From an uncultured virus (IMG/VR IMGVR_UViG_3300025647_000017) (Duplodnaviria; Heunggongvirae; Uroviricota; Caudoviricetes), in IMG/VR virus record IMGVR_UViG_3300025647_000017: 64,000 bases of DNA; one strand, written 5' to 3'. Below, in pieces: positions 32,411 to 42,840 of the stretch. Each line of letters opens with the position of its first letter. Position 1 is the first letter of the stretch. The translations under genes were made by a program, and so were the position numbers. The notes under the pieces are model-generated. The model was not told the origin of the DNA, searched no databases, and saw nothing but the letters and a program-made list of their open reading frames with translations.

Positions 32411-33758
32411 TGATTGCTCCTTGTTTAATTGAAGTTAAAGGCACTTCTTCTAGTCCACTGATAGCTACCAACTCATTCAATATATGTAAACAATCTGTGT
32501 CAAAGGTTTCTATTGTCCATTTTGATAGGTAATGGTAGAAGCCCCTTTCAGTGAGTTCTCTATGTATTTCTTGTTCTACCTCATAGATATTTTTATGGGT
32601 ACTTGTCATGACACGTAGTATCTCTATCTCATCTATTTTATGTTTTGATTTTATAAGTAAACCATTTTTATGTTGCAATCTATCTTTTATATCAAAACTC
32701 CTACCTACCTTTATATACCTACCCTTTTTAAACAATATACAATAAAGGTAATCTTTCTCTTCTGACCTGTGCGGGTAGTAACCATTCATATACCCCTCAA
32801 CCTTCTGTCGTATTTTGTGGCATGTAGTGCAACGACTTCTACTATGAATAAAACTATTTATGCAGGTAACGCAGGTATGTCCTTTATTACATTTCCACTT
32901 AAATTTTGAATTATTCGTAATACTACTTACATTTTTTCCAATCCACCCAATAAATGTTAATTCTTCTTCATCACATGTCTTTTTGATCAGGTATTCTCTT
33001 TGTTTTAATGTATATCTTGTTGAGTTACTACATCTACAAGATTTTAACCCACATTTTAGGCTACCAACAAAAGATTCAAATATTCCTGTACAAAGCCCAT
33101 TTTTAACATACTCGTCATTAGAACATATAGTACAGGTGTAGTTCCAATAAGCGGATAATCCTCTTTTATCTACTTTACTGCTACGCCAAAACTTATACTG
33201 GTCTCCAAAACCAGCCTTACGGAAATCATCTATGTGTATATTATCGTCTAATAGATTTAATTTCCTAATTTTTTCAGTCTTTATTGCAGGGTCTTCATTT
33301 CCAGAAAAGAAATTATCTATAGATGTGGAGTTCCATGTGTTTTGTGTTGCAGTATTAAACAGGGATAAGTGCGTCTTAACACCTTTCCACTCTCCATGAA
33401 AACCTAAGAATTCATACCCTCTTTTATTACATTCTCGCTTAATTCTAATTTCATATTGATATTTACTCCATCTTGTATTATACCCGCAACCACAAGTAAC
33501 TCTACCACTAATAATATGGCCTTTGGTATCTAATATAGTCCCTACAGGCCATAACTCAGTATCTTGTGAACATACACTGCAGATTGTTTCAAAATATATA
33601 CTTCTGCCCTTTCGTCCCCATACACCTACTACAGTAATCACACCACCTTTAGGTGTAGGAAACTGACTACCTATAAACTCCTGTTGATTCTTTGTCAACT
33701 CCACACTATTATCCTTTATCCTGATTCTATACTTCATTATACCAGCTTTACCTTCCAT
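32397..33758 (-). CDS. Free-standing homing endonuclease: Zn-ribbon repeats plus a C-terminal GIY-YIG/T5orf172-like domain
   Basis: Two C..CS.D...CGC/CRC repeats; YLYCILF..YIKVGRS....RL and ETF motifs; probable start 33737. Confidence 0.75.
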   Translation of the reverse strand: MEGKAGIMKYRIRIKDNSVELTKNQQEFIGSQFPTPKGGVITVVGVWGRKGRSIYFETICSVCSQDTELWPVGTILDTKGHIISGRVTCGCGYNTRWSKYQYEIRIKRECNKRGYEFLGFHGEWKGVKTHLSLFNTATQNTWNSTSIDNFFSGNEDPAIKTEKIRKLNLLDDNIHIDDFRKAGFGDQYKFWRSSKVDKRGLSAYWNYTCTICSNDEYVKNGLCTGIFESFVGSLKCGLKSCRCSNSTRYTLKQREYLIKKTCDEEELTFIGWIGKNVSSITNNSKFKWKCNKGHTCVTCINSFIHSRSRCTTCHKIRQKVEGYMNGYYPHRSEEKDYLYCILFKKGRYIKVGRSFDIKDRLQHKNGLLIKSKHKIDEIEILRVMTSTHKNIYEVEQEIHRELTERGFYHYLSKWTIETFDTDCLHILNELVAISGLEEVPLTSIKQGAINVGT

Positions 33759-33770
33759 ACAAAATAGTTG

Positions 33771-33799
33771 TTGACAGTGTAGTATTGGTAGTTTATAGT
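33771..33799 (+). promoter_or_regulatory. sigma70 promoter starting the plus-strand island
   Basis: TTGACA-17 nt-TATAGT. Confidence 0.75.
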
Positions 33800-33835
33800 T
33801 CAGTTCTTGAAACTAATAACAGTGAGGGTGTAAGT

Positions 33836-34659
33836 ATGGAACGTGAAACTGGATACTATTTAGCGATGGAAGACGGTACATTACAGGTGTTATGGTATTC
33901 TGCGCTGCTGAAGAAATTTTACTTTGCTGGAGATCCATCTTCTTGTAGAGACTATAACTTAGAGTGGGTTGCTCCAGAACCCTTAAATTTAAACTTACTT
34001 AAGGAGAGTTACAATGACTAATGTACTTGATCTATACTACAACCACCCTAAGAAATCTTCTACGTATGAAGTTGATCACTTAGATTGGAACAAAGCTGTA
34101 CTTGCAAATGATAAACGTAAACTTCGTAATATATTACGCAATGTTGGGGTGGTTGGTAAAATTGAGGAAGTTGTCAAATGAAACTAAATCAATGGGAAGT
34201 AGTTAAACATACACAAGGTACCATTGTTTGGTATACAGTAGAGAAAGTGGTTAAAACTTGGTTTGGTTTATGTAATAAAACTATTCACAGTAAAGATATG
34301 TTTGGTGATGTAGCGATATTCCACATGTACATAAGTGCTTTTTCTGCTAAAGTTAATGAAGAATTAAATGACTTACCAGTTAATAAGGAGATTGTAAAGT
34401 GATCAGCAAATTAGATAAAGTTAAATGTTTCTTCGGCATCCACCAGATGCAACCTGTTAAATACTTAGACTCCATCATTAAACGTAAGTCTAGTTTTCTA
34501 AGATATACACGTAGGTGTAATTGTTGCAATAGGGATGAGTTATACAATACCTTTAATTCTCACTGGGACGGGCGTCAGAGTGAAGTTGAGAAGGTTTGGT
34601 ACATTGGTGACTATAATATTATAACGTTGCTTAAACGTGGATTACGGAGGTTTAAATGA
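33836..34659 (+). CDS. Small hypothetical genes (33836-34021, 34178-34402, 34399-34659)
   Basis: Packed ORFs with RBS. Confidence 0.55.
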
Positions 34660-34822
34660 AGATTGTGATGGTAGATGAAAGCAATGTAGAGACATCTCTA
34701 ACAGTTACACCAAATGTTGGTGATGCGTTTACTAGAAAAGATACTAACAACCTAGAGAAATGGTGTACTAAATTAAGTAAGATGGAGGGCATTTTAAGTT
34801 GTACTCTTGTCTATAATAACTG

Positions 34823-34851
34823 TTGACACCAATACTAACTTGGATTATAGT
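34823..34851 (+). promoter_or_regulatory. sigma70 promoter
   Basis: TTGACA-17 nt-TATAGT. Confidence 0.75.
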
Positions 34852-34882
34852 TATAACACTTATTAAATAGGAGATACAACCA

Positions 34883-35290
34883 ATGAACACACTACTATTA
34901 AAATTAGAACCAATGACACAAATGATGCTCCGTCAGCAGATTAAAGATTCACAACCTAATACTTTTGTAGCTTACTTAATCTGGTTACTGCTAGGTTGGC
35001 TTGGTGGTCACCATTACTACCTTGCTATTAGGAGTTCTGGTGATACTAGGACTGTATTTTTGTGTCTTGGCCTATTATATACATTCACCCTTGGGCTAAG
35101 TTTCGTTGGTTGGATGTTTGATTTATTTGGGACAGGTTTTTATTCACAACTTGTTAAGAAGAATAATGAAGATACTATTGTAAATGATTATCTAAAAACC
35201 AATGGTTTAGGTGGTAAGGTTACCCCAAGTGAAGTGGCTAAGGATGTTAGTAGTTATAGTCTACCTGTTAATAAAGGAGGGAAAGTATGA
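34883..35290 (+). CDS. TM2-domain membrane protein
   Basis: AYLIWLLLGWLGGHHYYL...LYTFTLG...W..DL matches the TM2 pattern. Confidence 0.8.
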   Translation: MNTLLLKLEPMTQMMLRQQIKDSQPNTFVAYLIWLLLGWLGGHHYYLAIRSSGDTRTVFLCLGLLYTFTLGLSFVGWMFDLFGTGFYSQLVKKNNEDTIVNDYLKTNGLGGKVTPSEVAKDVSSYSLPVNKGGKV

Positions 35291-35535
35291 AATTTTTTGA
35301 ACATTTAGTCTTAGATCATACAAACCGTTGTAATGACCTAGACAGATTCAATGAATATTGGTTAAGTGGTAAAGTTGTGTACTCCAAGGAAACACTACAC
35401 ACTGCAGAAAAAGATATAATCAGTATCAGTCATGACTTAGCATATGGTAAATTAGATTTGGATATTGGTCTAACAATGATCACAACTTTAGATGGTATTC
35501 GTAATTTAGTTAAAGAATACCTATCAGAAGTATAG
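35287..35535 (+). CDS. Hypothetical protein
   Basis: ORF with GGAGG RBS. Confidence 0.6.
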   Translation: MKFFEHLVLDHTNRCNDLDRFNEYWLSGKVVYSKETLHTAEKDIISISHDLAYGKLDLDIGLTMITTLDGIRNLVKEYLSEV

Positions 35536-35577
35536 TAACTTATCGTACTTTGTCGGCAGTATGAGGTGTAGTTTTAG

Positions 35578-35713
35578 TGTGTTAAATATATGTTAAAATA
35601 TAGTGTTAAAAAGCACGTGTTTTTAGTATAAAATAGCCATGTAAGTATATGTTAGTATTACATTTTATTGATATGTTAAATATAAAAATCTCTTATATAT
35701 GGTGGAACCATAT
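35578..35713. repeat. AT-rich tract with TGTTAAA direct repeats and a small hairpin
   Basis: TGTTAAA at 35580, 35591, 35604 and 35674, TGTTAG at 35650; ATATGG-TGGAA-CCATAT at 35697-35713. Confidence 0.55.
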
Positions 35714-35774
35714 CCAAACGGAGGCTTTAGTCTAGGCTCTTGCTGTTGTTTAACAATCTAATTAAGGAGGAGTA

Positions 35775-37055
35775 ATGTATGTAATCGATCATAAGGTTAA
35801 TAAGTGTTTATATGGTATAAGAGATCACTTACTCTCATTATACTTAGTCCACTTAGGTAAGAGTTTTGTTAATATTACAGCAAATAAAAAGGCTTTAGCT
35901 ACTAAAGCTATATCTTGTATACTATTAAACATAAACTATACTGGTGTTAATGCGAAGGTACCTATCTCATTGGATCAATCTGTCTACTCAAACCATGTAC
36001 TATTGTGTAACGGTAGAAAGGTTAATAGATCTGTTAGTTATACTTATGTAAGATCAGTGTTAGACTTCTTAGTGTCACATGATTATATCAAATTAACTAC
36101 TGGTGGTTTTACTGGAGATAATACTGATTATGGTTTTGTAAAAGGTAAATGGGTACCTGTTTCATTTGGTAGGTCATACTTTGAAGTACTGCCTAAACTA
36201 AAAGATATATATCCAGAGATAGTGGTACCATTAAAAATATCTAATGTTATGAGGTTGAAGGGTCTGGATAAGAAACCAATCCCATATGCTAGATTACCAC
36301 CACACATGAAACCTGTATTTGAATATCAAGACAACTATAATACCTTCTCATTTAAGTTTGAGATAACTGTAGATAAAAAGGTATACTATGTACAGGCACA
36401 TAAAACTTATAACACGAGTTTTAATTTAGGAGGGAGGAGTTATATGGAAGGTTCAGATACTATACAATCATTAAGTAAAGAAAAAAGAAGTAGGGTACGT
36501 ATAGATGGTATGTCATGCCATTGCTTAGACTACAAGGCATTCGAACCATCACTATTATACACTATGAGGCAAGAAGTTGTTGGCTTTGATGATCACTATA
36601 TGATTAACTTACCAGAGTATGATAGTGTGTTACTTCGTAAGATATGCAAAGGAGTACTACTTCGTATGTTGAACTGTGAGTCAAAAGAGTCAGCATACAA
36701 AGCTTGTAGATCGTATATTAAAGATGAGTATGGAGTCCAATCTCTATATGAAAATGGATTGATACCAGAAGCTCGTATTGACGTTATGACTATTATTGAT
36801 ATGTTAGAGCAAAAGCACTACTTAATAAAGTCAGACTTTTATAAAGGTATTGGGTCTGAGTTACAATATGCTGGTAGTTTGATCAATGACTATCTTCTTG
36901 ACTACTTTATGCAAAGAGGTATATTGGTTGTTCAAGTCCATGATGCATTCATTGTTGAGAAGGAACACGAAGATGCTCTTGAACAATGTATGAAGCGAGC
37001 ATTTGTGGATGTATTTGGGTTTGATGATAATGTTAAGATTACTAAGGAGTTTTAA
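35775..37055 (+). CDS. PolA-fold (family A palm/fingers) protein without an exonuclease domain
   Basis: GGRSY, motif A LDYKAFEPSLL, motif B RKICK, LQ..GS, motif C VQVHDAF in the expected order. Confidence 0.65.
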   Translation: MYVIDHKVNKCLYGIRDHLLSLYLVHLGKSFVNITANKKALATKAISCILLNINYTGVNAKVPISLDQSVYSNHVLLCNGRKVNRSVSYTYVRSVLDFLVSHDYIKLTTGGFTGDNTDYGFVKGKWVPVSFGRSYFEVLPKLKDIYPEIVVPLKISNVMRLKGLDKKPIPYARLPPHMKPVFEYQDNYNTFSFKFEITVDKKVYYVQAHKTYNTSFNLGGRSYMEGSDTIQSLSKEKRSRVRIDGMSCHCLDYKAFEPSLLYTMRQEVVGFDDHYMINLPEYDSVLLRKICKGVLLRMLNCESKESAYKACRSYIKDEYGVQSLYENGLIPEARIDVMTIIDMLEQKHYLIKSDFYKGIGSELQYAGSLINDYLLDYFMQRGILVVQVHDAFIVEKEHEDALEQCMKRAFVDVFGFDDNVKITKEF

Positions 37056-37059
37056 ATAG

Positions 37060-37431
37060 ATGTATACAATTATAAAACAAGGTGTGTATGTACAAGGTGT
37101 ATGGGTTGTTGATTCTATAGATAAAGCTGAATCATTAAGACAGTCTTTGGTGGAAAAAGATATAGATGACTACCACAATTATGTTATATACAACCAACGA
37201 TTAGGTGAGGATGTGTTAGATGGGTCTGAACTATCGAGTATTTCTAAAACTATGCATGGGTACTTCACAGTAAATATAGGTAATCTCACGTATTATGCAA
37301 CTACAGAAGATCCAGATATGACAGCCATAAGTTTAGATGAAAATATAAAATTTGTACACAAATTATCAGGTAATAGTAAGTACAAGACTAAATCCAAGGA
37401 AGGTAATTTTTATCTTAAGAAGTATAAATAA
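37060..37431 (+). CDS. Hypothetical protein
   Basis: ORF with GGAG RBS. Confidence 0.55.
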   Translation: MYTIIKQGVYVQGVWVVDSIDKAESLRQSLVEKDIDDYHNYVIYNQRLGEDVLDGSELSSISKTMHGYFTVNIGNLTYYATTEDPDMTAISLDENIKFVHKLSGNSKYKTKSKEGNFYLKKYK

Positions 37432-37435
37432 ATTA

Positions 37436-37464
37436 TTGACAAACAAAATACCCTCTACCATAAT
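37436..37464 (+). promoter_or_regulatory. sigma70 promoter
   Basis: TTGACA-17 nt-CATAAT. Confidence 0.7.
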
Positions 37465-38016
37465 CTATCTTAGAAATTGGTGAGGGTATTTTTAATTTAA
37501 GGGGTGGGTATGAATATTGAAATGTTAGAAGTAGTAAAGTTATTAGAAAAGCAGCATGAACTAACCATGTTGCGTATCAAACATAAAATTGACGCATGTA
37601 TGAATAATAGTATAGACTGTTCAACAGAGGATCGTATTGCATACATGACGGCAGCAATGGCACTAAAAGATTTACGTGGGAGTTGATTGAGGACTTCATT
37701 GGTACACTAAAACTAATTAATCGTTAAAACTCGTAGGACACTCTACAAGACACTTTAATATAAACTTGGATACATTGTATACCTAACACATTAAAGTGTC
37801 TTATAGTTGTATTTAGACACACTCACGTTGATATTGGAGGATAAGAATGAATGAAACATTAGATTACTTTGAATGTCCAGAATGCGGAGACTATTCACCT
37901 GATGGAGGTTGGTGTGAAGTATGTCTTGACAAGATTGACATTGAGGAACACGAAGAACGTAAACGTGAGTGGTTAGCACAGCAACAGGAGTATTAATATG
38001 TTAAATAAGGAGAAAG

Positions 38017-38739
38017 ATGATGATTGATAAAGTAAATAAGTTTGACCATGTATTATTTGGTGTGTTGGATGTGGTGATGTATGAAGATACTCCACATTTT
38101 GTAGGTAAACAAGTAGCATTGACATTAGGGTATACCGACACTGACCAAGCTATCAGAAAGAATTGTAAGTCCTTGATTCTACTAAAAGGCGTCTCAGCGA
38201 CGGGTTTGACTGAGAGTCCTCGTGGTATCAATATCATACCAGAAAAGGATGTGTATAGATTAATCATGCGTAGTAAGTTACCAAATGCTGAAGTGTTTCA
38301 AGATTGGGTTATGGATGAAGTGTTACCAACTATCCGTAAGACTGGTGGTTATGTTTCCGATGTTGACCAAATCATTAATACTTTCTATAAGAATGAAGCA
38401 CCGCATATTAAGGAAGTTATACGTGCTGGTTTGAACTTCCAAAAGAATAATCAACATAAGATTGATTTCTGTGATGATGTGAGTGAAGTAGTTAACTTAA
38501 AAACAATTACTGAGGTTGCCAAGGCTTTCGGATTAGGTCGTAATAAGATGTACTCTATGTTACGTGAGATGAAAATACTTGACCAATACAATGCACCTTA
38601 TCAACGATTCATTGCCACAGGGTACTTCCAAGTTAAACAAACCACCAAGAATAAATTACTATTCAACATGACAATGGTAACTGGTAAAGGCGAAGTTTGG
38701 TTACATAAGCAATTATTGGGTGATCAGGTGGCTGCATAA
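38017..38739 (+). CDS. Bro-N plus antirepressor (ANT/KilAC) domain protein
   Basis: FVGKQVA..LGY, IPEKDVYRLIMRSKLP.A..FQDWV..EVLPTIRKTGGY; C-terminal PYQ.FI..GYF..VTGKG..WL. Confidence 0.88.
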   Translation: MMIDKVNKFDHVLFGVLDVVMYEDTPHFVGKQVALTLGYTDTDQAIRKNCKSLILLKGVSATGLTESPRGINIIPEKDVYRLIMRSKLPNAEVFQDWVMDEVLPTIRKTGGYVSDVDQIINTFYKNEAPHIKEVIRAGLNFQKNNQHKIDFCDDVSEVVNLKTITEVAKAFGLGRNKMYSMLREMKILDQYNAPYQRFIATGYFQVKQTTKNKLLFNMTMVTGKGEVWLHKQLLGDQVAA

Positions 38740-38901
38740 TGTCTAAGCAAAAACGAACATTTTACTCCACATATGCAATGGGTGGTAAACGTTATGAATT
38801 GATTGCATCTATGTTGGAACAAGGTTATGTTATGAAGTATAAGTGGATGCCACAAATTATGGGTGAGAAAATGACAATTATTTGGGAGAAGGAGGTTTAG
38901 G

Positions 38902-40818
38902 ATGGGTTTTGTATTCACAGTAGACACAACAAGTACCGACACTACAGAGGATAATAGTGGTTTTGATCAGGACTGCGATGTCTCTGTGAAGAAGCAGTTT
39001 ATCCCTACAGAAGAACAAGAGGCAGCTAAAGATTTAGCATTAAATAATAACACTATTAAAATACAAGCAGTAAGTGGTAGTGGTAAAACTTCTGAACTAG
39101 TATATATATCCACATTCTTACCTGAACCTAGTTTATATATGACGTTCAACGTAACAATGGCAAAAGAAGCTGGTAATAAATTTGGTAATCATGTTGAGTG
39201 TATGACCACTCACAGCCTTGCTTATAGAAAGATAGGTAAAGGTTACCAACACAAATTATCTCGCCCTCAAGGTCGTTATGTCAATGTAGCATTAACTGGA
39301 TCAGAGGTTGCAAGGTTCTTCAGGTTACCAGACTTTGAGATTAGTGAAAAAGAAGATATAAGTAAAAACTTTCTTGGTTTAATTATCAAAGAGACAGTTG
39401 AACGTTATGAGATGAGTGATCAGCAAGAATTGGATGCTACTAATATACCATACCATCACATAAAAGCACTTGAAGATAAGCATGGTAAACTATTCCCAAA
39501 GAAGAAGTTTAAAAGTTTTATATTACGACAAGCAATTAAATTATGGGAAGAACGTACAGATAAATATAGTGAAGTTTGTTGTAAGCATAACACTTACTTA
39601 AAGCTTTACCAATTATCTAAACCTGACTTATCATCTGAGTACTCTGTTATCTATATGGATGAAGCACAAGATTTAAATCCAGTAACCAGATCTATAATTT
39701 TAATGCAGAAAGATAAGTGTAAATTGATTGTTGTTGGGGACAAATTCCAGCAGATCTACAGTTGGAATGGGTCTGTGAATGCAATTCAAAGTATAGATGC
39801 ACCAGAAACAAGTTTAAGTAAAAGTTTTAGGTTCGGAGAGGAATCAGCAAAACTTGCTAGTCTTATTTTAGGTAATGCTGCAGACGTAAAAGGTAATGAG
39901 GATGTTGACACTAAATTAGGTATTGATGTAGTAGATTACACTAAACCTCATACGTTCTTATTTAGAACTAATATGGAATTAATATTTACTGCTGTAAAAC
40001 TTATCAAAGAAGGAAACAGTGTTAATGTTAATATCGACATGAAAGATTTTGTAGGAATGCTTAAGTCTGCTGATGCTCTGTACCAAGGTGATAATAAGGC
40101 AGTTAAACATGAAAATATTATACCTTTTTCTACGTGGGACGATTTGGTAGAGGAAGGTAAGAATGACAGGGAATTAGGACGTATTGTTAGTATTGTAGAT
40201 GATGGCGATGCAGATAAAATGATCTCTATCCTGCATTCACATAAGAATACTAATGATGCACTGATTACTCTAACTACAGCTCATAAAGCGAAGGGTCTTG
40301 AGTATCAGCAAGTTTGTTTAGCTTCTGATTTCCCAAGTAATTATAACCGTAAAGGAGAGTTTGTTGGTTTATCAGAAGAAGAACGTAACCTGTTATACGT
40401 TGCTACAACAAGAGCTATAAATAAACTTAATATAAATACCACTTGTCAAGAGTTCTATGATATGGAGGATAAAAAGTCTGGGATTACTAAAAATAGTAAT
40501 ATACTCAACTTAAGTGTAAATGTAACTTCTATACAAACCATAGACCAAGCAGATTTTAGTTTAGCTTTGAGTGGTGGATTTTTAAAACCAAAAGGAGATA
40601 TGGCACAGTTAGCTTTAGAAGATGTAATGGTTATGGAGGGACTGCGGGATGATTACGCAAATAGTGATATGTCTGATGAGGATGCATTTGAACACGGATT
40701 CTTGAATAGTTCGGGAGGTACAACAGACTTTGCAGACTTGAAAAGTAGTAGGTGTGAAATATATACCACTGAAGATATTAATGATAAACTTACTTATTAC
40801 TCTAACCTACTAAATTAA
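38902..40818 (+). CDS. UvrD/REP-like SF1 helicase
   Basis: AVSGSGKT, DEAQD, VGD..QQIY, SFRFG, TAHKAKGLEY, LLYVATTRA. Confidence 0.9.
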   Translation: MGFVFTVDTTSTDTTEDNSGFDQDCDVSVKKQFIPTEEQEAAKDLALNNNTIKIQAVSGSGKTSELVYISTFLPEPSLYMTFNVTMAKEAGNKFGNHVECMTTHSLAYRKIGKGYQHKLSRPQGRYVNVALTGSEVARFFRLPDFEISEKEDISKNFLGLIIKETVERYEMSDQQELDATNIPYHHIKALEDKHGKLFPKKKFKSFILRQAIKLWEERTDKYSEVCCKHNTYLKLYQLSKPDLSSEYSVIYMDEAQDLNPVTRSIILMQKDKCKLIVVGDKFQQIYSWNGSVNAIQSIDAPETSLSKSFRFGEESAKLASLILGNAADVKGNEDVDTKLGIDVVDYTKPHTFLFRTNMELIFTAVKLIKEGNSVNVNIDMKDFVGMLKSADALYQGDNKAVKHENIIPFSTWDDLVEEGKNDRELGRIVSIVDDGDADKMISILHSHKNTNDALITLTTAHKAKGLEYQQVCLASDFPSNYNRKGEFVGLSEEERNLLYVATTRAINKLNINTTCQEFYDMEDKKSGITKNSNILNLSVNVTSIQTIDQADFSLALSGGFLKPKGDMAQLALEDVMVMEGLRDDYANSDMSDEDAFEHGFLNSSGGTTDFADLKSSRCEIYTTEDINDKLTYYSNLLN

Positions 40819-41032
40819 GGAGAGAAATTATCAATTACTTAACCAACAATAATGAAAACCCAGAGGATTGGAAAGTTTTAGGTTATACAATAAAAGATAA
40901 CAAAACTCTACAACTTCACATTGATAATGATGATGGACATATTTCTGGTCACGACATCACTTGTTTGACAGTAGAGTTAGATAAGGGGTTATTAACTAGT
41001 ATGTTATCGTACCTTAAATAAATTATGCAAAC

Positions 41033-41065
41033 TAAAAACCCCTCAGACATCATCTGAGGGGTTTA
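41033..41065. terminator. Bidirectional terminator
   Basis: AAAAACCCCTCAGA-CATCA-TCTGAGGGGTTT. Confidence 0.8.
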
Positions 41066-41244
41066 ATATTAAACTAACAAGGTATTATTTGTTCACAGTT
41101 ATTTATTATGGTGTTACATAGTATTACGTTACTAACCGACCACCATGTGGTTATTGGATTAACTAGTATAGGGCTTTTAGCTCTAGTAGCGTTCATTGTC
41201 AGTATAATAGTACTTTTTGCAGATTTACTATTCATTATATAATC

Positions 41245-41550
41245 CTATTCTTTATCAGTCTGGTATTGCCAAGGACGTAGTTCTCTATCCCTATCACTTT
41301 GAAGTTGTGTGGTTAAATCTTTCTGACCCTCTTTCAAGTCTTCTACATCATCGCGTAAATACTTTAAGTCACGTTCCATTCTGATCATCCCATCACGCAT
41401 CTCAACTAGTAACCTATCCTTCTGTTCTGCTGAAACTCTAGCACTAGTATTAGCTTGTACATCATTGTATATGGATAATACACCAATTAATATTGCAATA
41501 GAAATACCTACTGCTACAGGTTTGAAGAAAGACTCTGCAATATTAGCCAT
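41245..41550 (-). CDS. TM plus coiled-coil protein
   Basis: N-terminal TM followed by heptad repeats. Confidence 0.55.
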   Translation of the reverse strand: MANIAESFFKPVAVGISIAILIGVLSIYNDVQANTSARVSAEQKDRLLVEMRDGMIRMERDLKYLRDDVEDLKEGQKDLTTQLQSDRDRELRPWQYQTDKE

Positions 41551-42074
41551 TAGTTTCTACTCCTAAATCCATCACGTCTTCCACACTTAGGTATCATACT
41601 CCAACCATTACGAGAATCTGTGTTAGTTTTAACGCGATCAAACTCTTTCTGTGAAACACCACCAATTAACACTATAGATTTATCTTTTGTATTATCTACC
41701 AAGGATTCGCATATATACTGTGGATTTTGAAGAAAATCATCATAAAGTGTGGCCCAAGATGCTGCTGTACCACCATCACCTCCAGTTTCATACTCCTTCT
41801 TAATAACACGTTGACCAATGCGTTCCTCTATCCTCTTAAGATCACCAGAGGCACCAGTAGCTGCTGAACCTTGCATAGCACGTCTATCTAAATACTGTAA
41901 TGCTTCTAGAAGAGACTGATACGTAACAATACATAGATTCTCATCAAGATCTCCATACTTGGTTATATTGTTACCTATAATAAAGTCTAGGATCTCATCA
42001 CTCAGTATTGATGTTGATAATCCCCCTAAGTAGTAACGCACACTACTATTGATCTCACTAACCACTAATGCCAC
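41550..42074 (-). CDS. Head-tail adaptor-like virion protein
   Basis: VR..LG....LSDE.L motif; position in the structural operon. Confidence 0.6.
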   Translation of the reverse strand: MALVVSEINSSVRYYLGGLSTSILSDEILDFIIGNNITKYGDLDENLCIVTYQSLLEALQYLDRRAMQGSAATGASGDLKRIEERIGQRVIKKEYETGGDGGTAASWATLYDDFLQNPQYICESLVDNTKDKSIVLIGGVSQKEFDRVKTNTDSRNGWSMIPKCGRRDGFRSRN

Positions 42075-42176
42075 AAAACACCTCCAAATTTATTTAAATA
42101 TTGTTTGACTTGTTCAATAACACAGTATACCATGTTTACACTTTAGACAAAAGATGCACTTAATAGGAGAATTAAT

Positions 42177-42840
42177 ATGACAGAAACTGAATTGGTTGAG
42201 AAACTTTCAAGCGTGGTTAGTAGAGGTATTATTGTACACGGTTTTGGTATGGTAGATTTATTTGTACCAGTTAAGTCTGTAGGTAAGATTAAACTGTGGG
42301 TAGTTGATGTAATTCCTGCGGAAGTGTGGGTGGAAGTTAAGCCGTTAAAATTATCAATGAAGAAAGGTGTCAAAGTTTATAAAGTTAAAGACCTGCACAA
42401 GGATGTATCAAATAAACTATATAGCAGAAAGTGGGAGGTTTAATATGACAATGGTAAATGAGTTAGGTGATAGAATTATTGCTGCAACACAACGTGAGAC
42501 ATTAAATATTCTTGCTACAATAGAAGTTGGAAAAGGTGAAGTATTCTTCCCACTATTATCCATTGTAGCTAAGGATGGTGGTAATGTATATTGCGTGCAG
42601 TATAAGAAGTTTGGATTACCTTCACCACACCAACTACAAGGTGAGGATTGTGGTGGTCAATACTCAAAGTTCTCCTACATTAAACTTGACCAGAAAGATT
42701 CACTTATGATGATTGATGTTATTGCATGTTGGAGTAAGTGTATTAACAAAGATCACTTGAATCCATTCACATTTATGTATGCAACAATGTTAGCACGATA
42801 CCATGTGGATTTATTTGAAATTGGAGTGTTTGAAGTATAA
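42177..42840 (+). CDS. Two hypothetical genes (42177-42443, about 42445-42840) in a promoter-terminator cassette
   Basis: TTGACT-17-TACCAT at 42105-42133; terminator AAAGCCCTC..GAGGGCTTT at 42853-42878. Confidence 0.6.
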
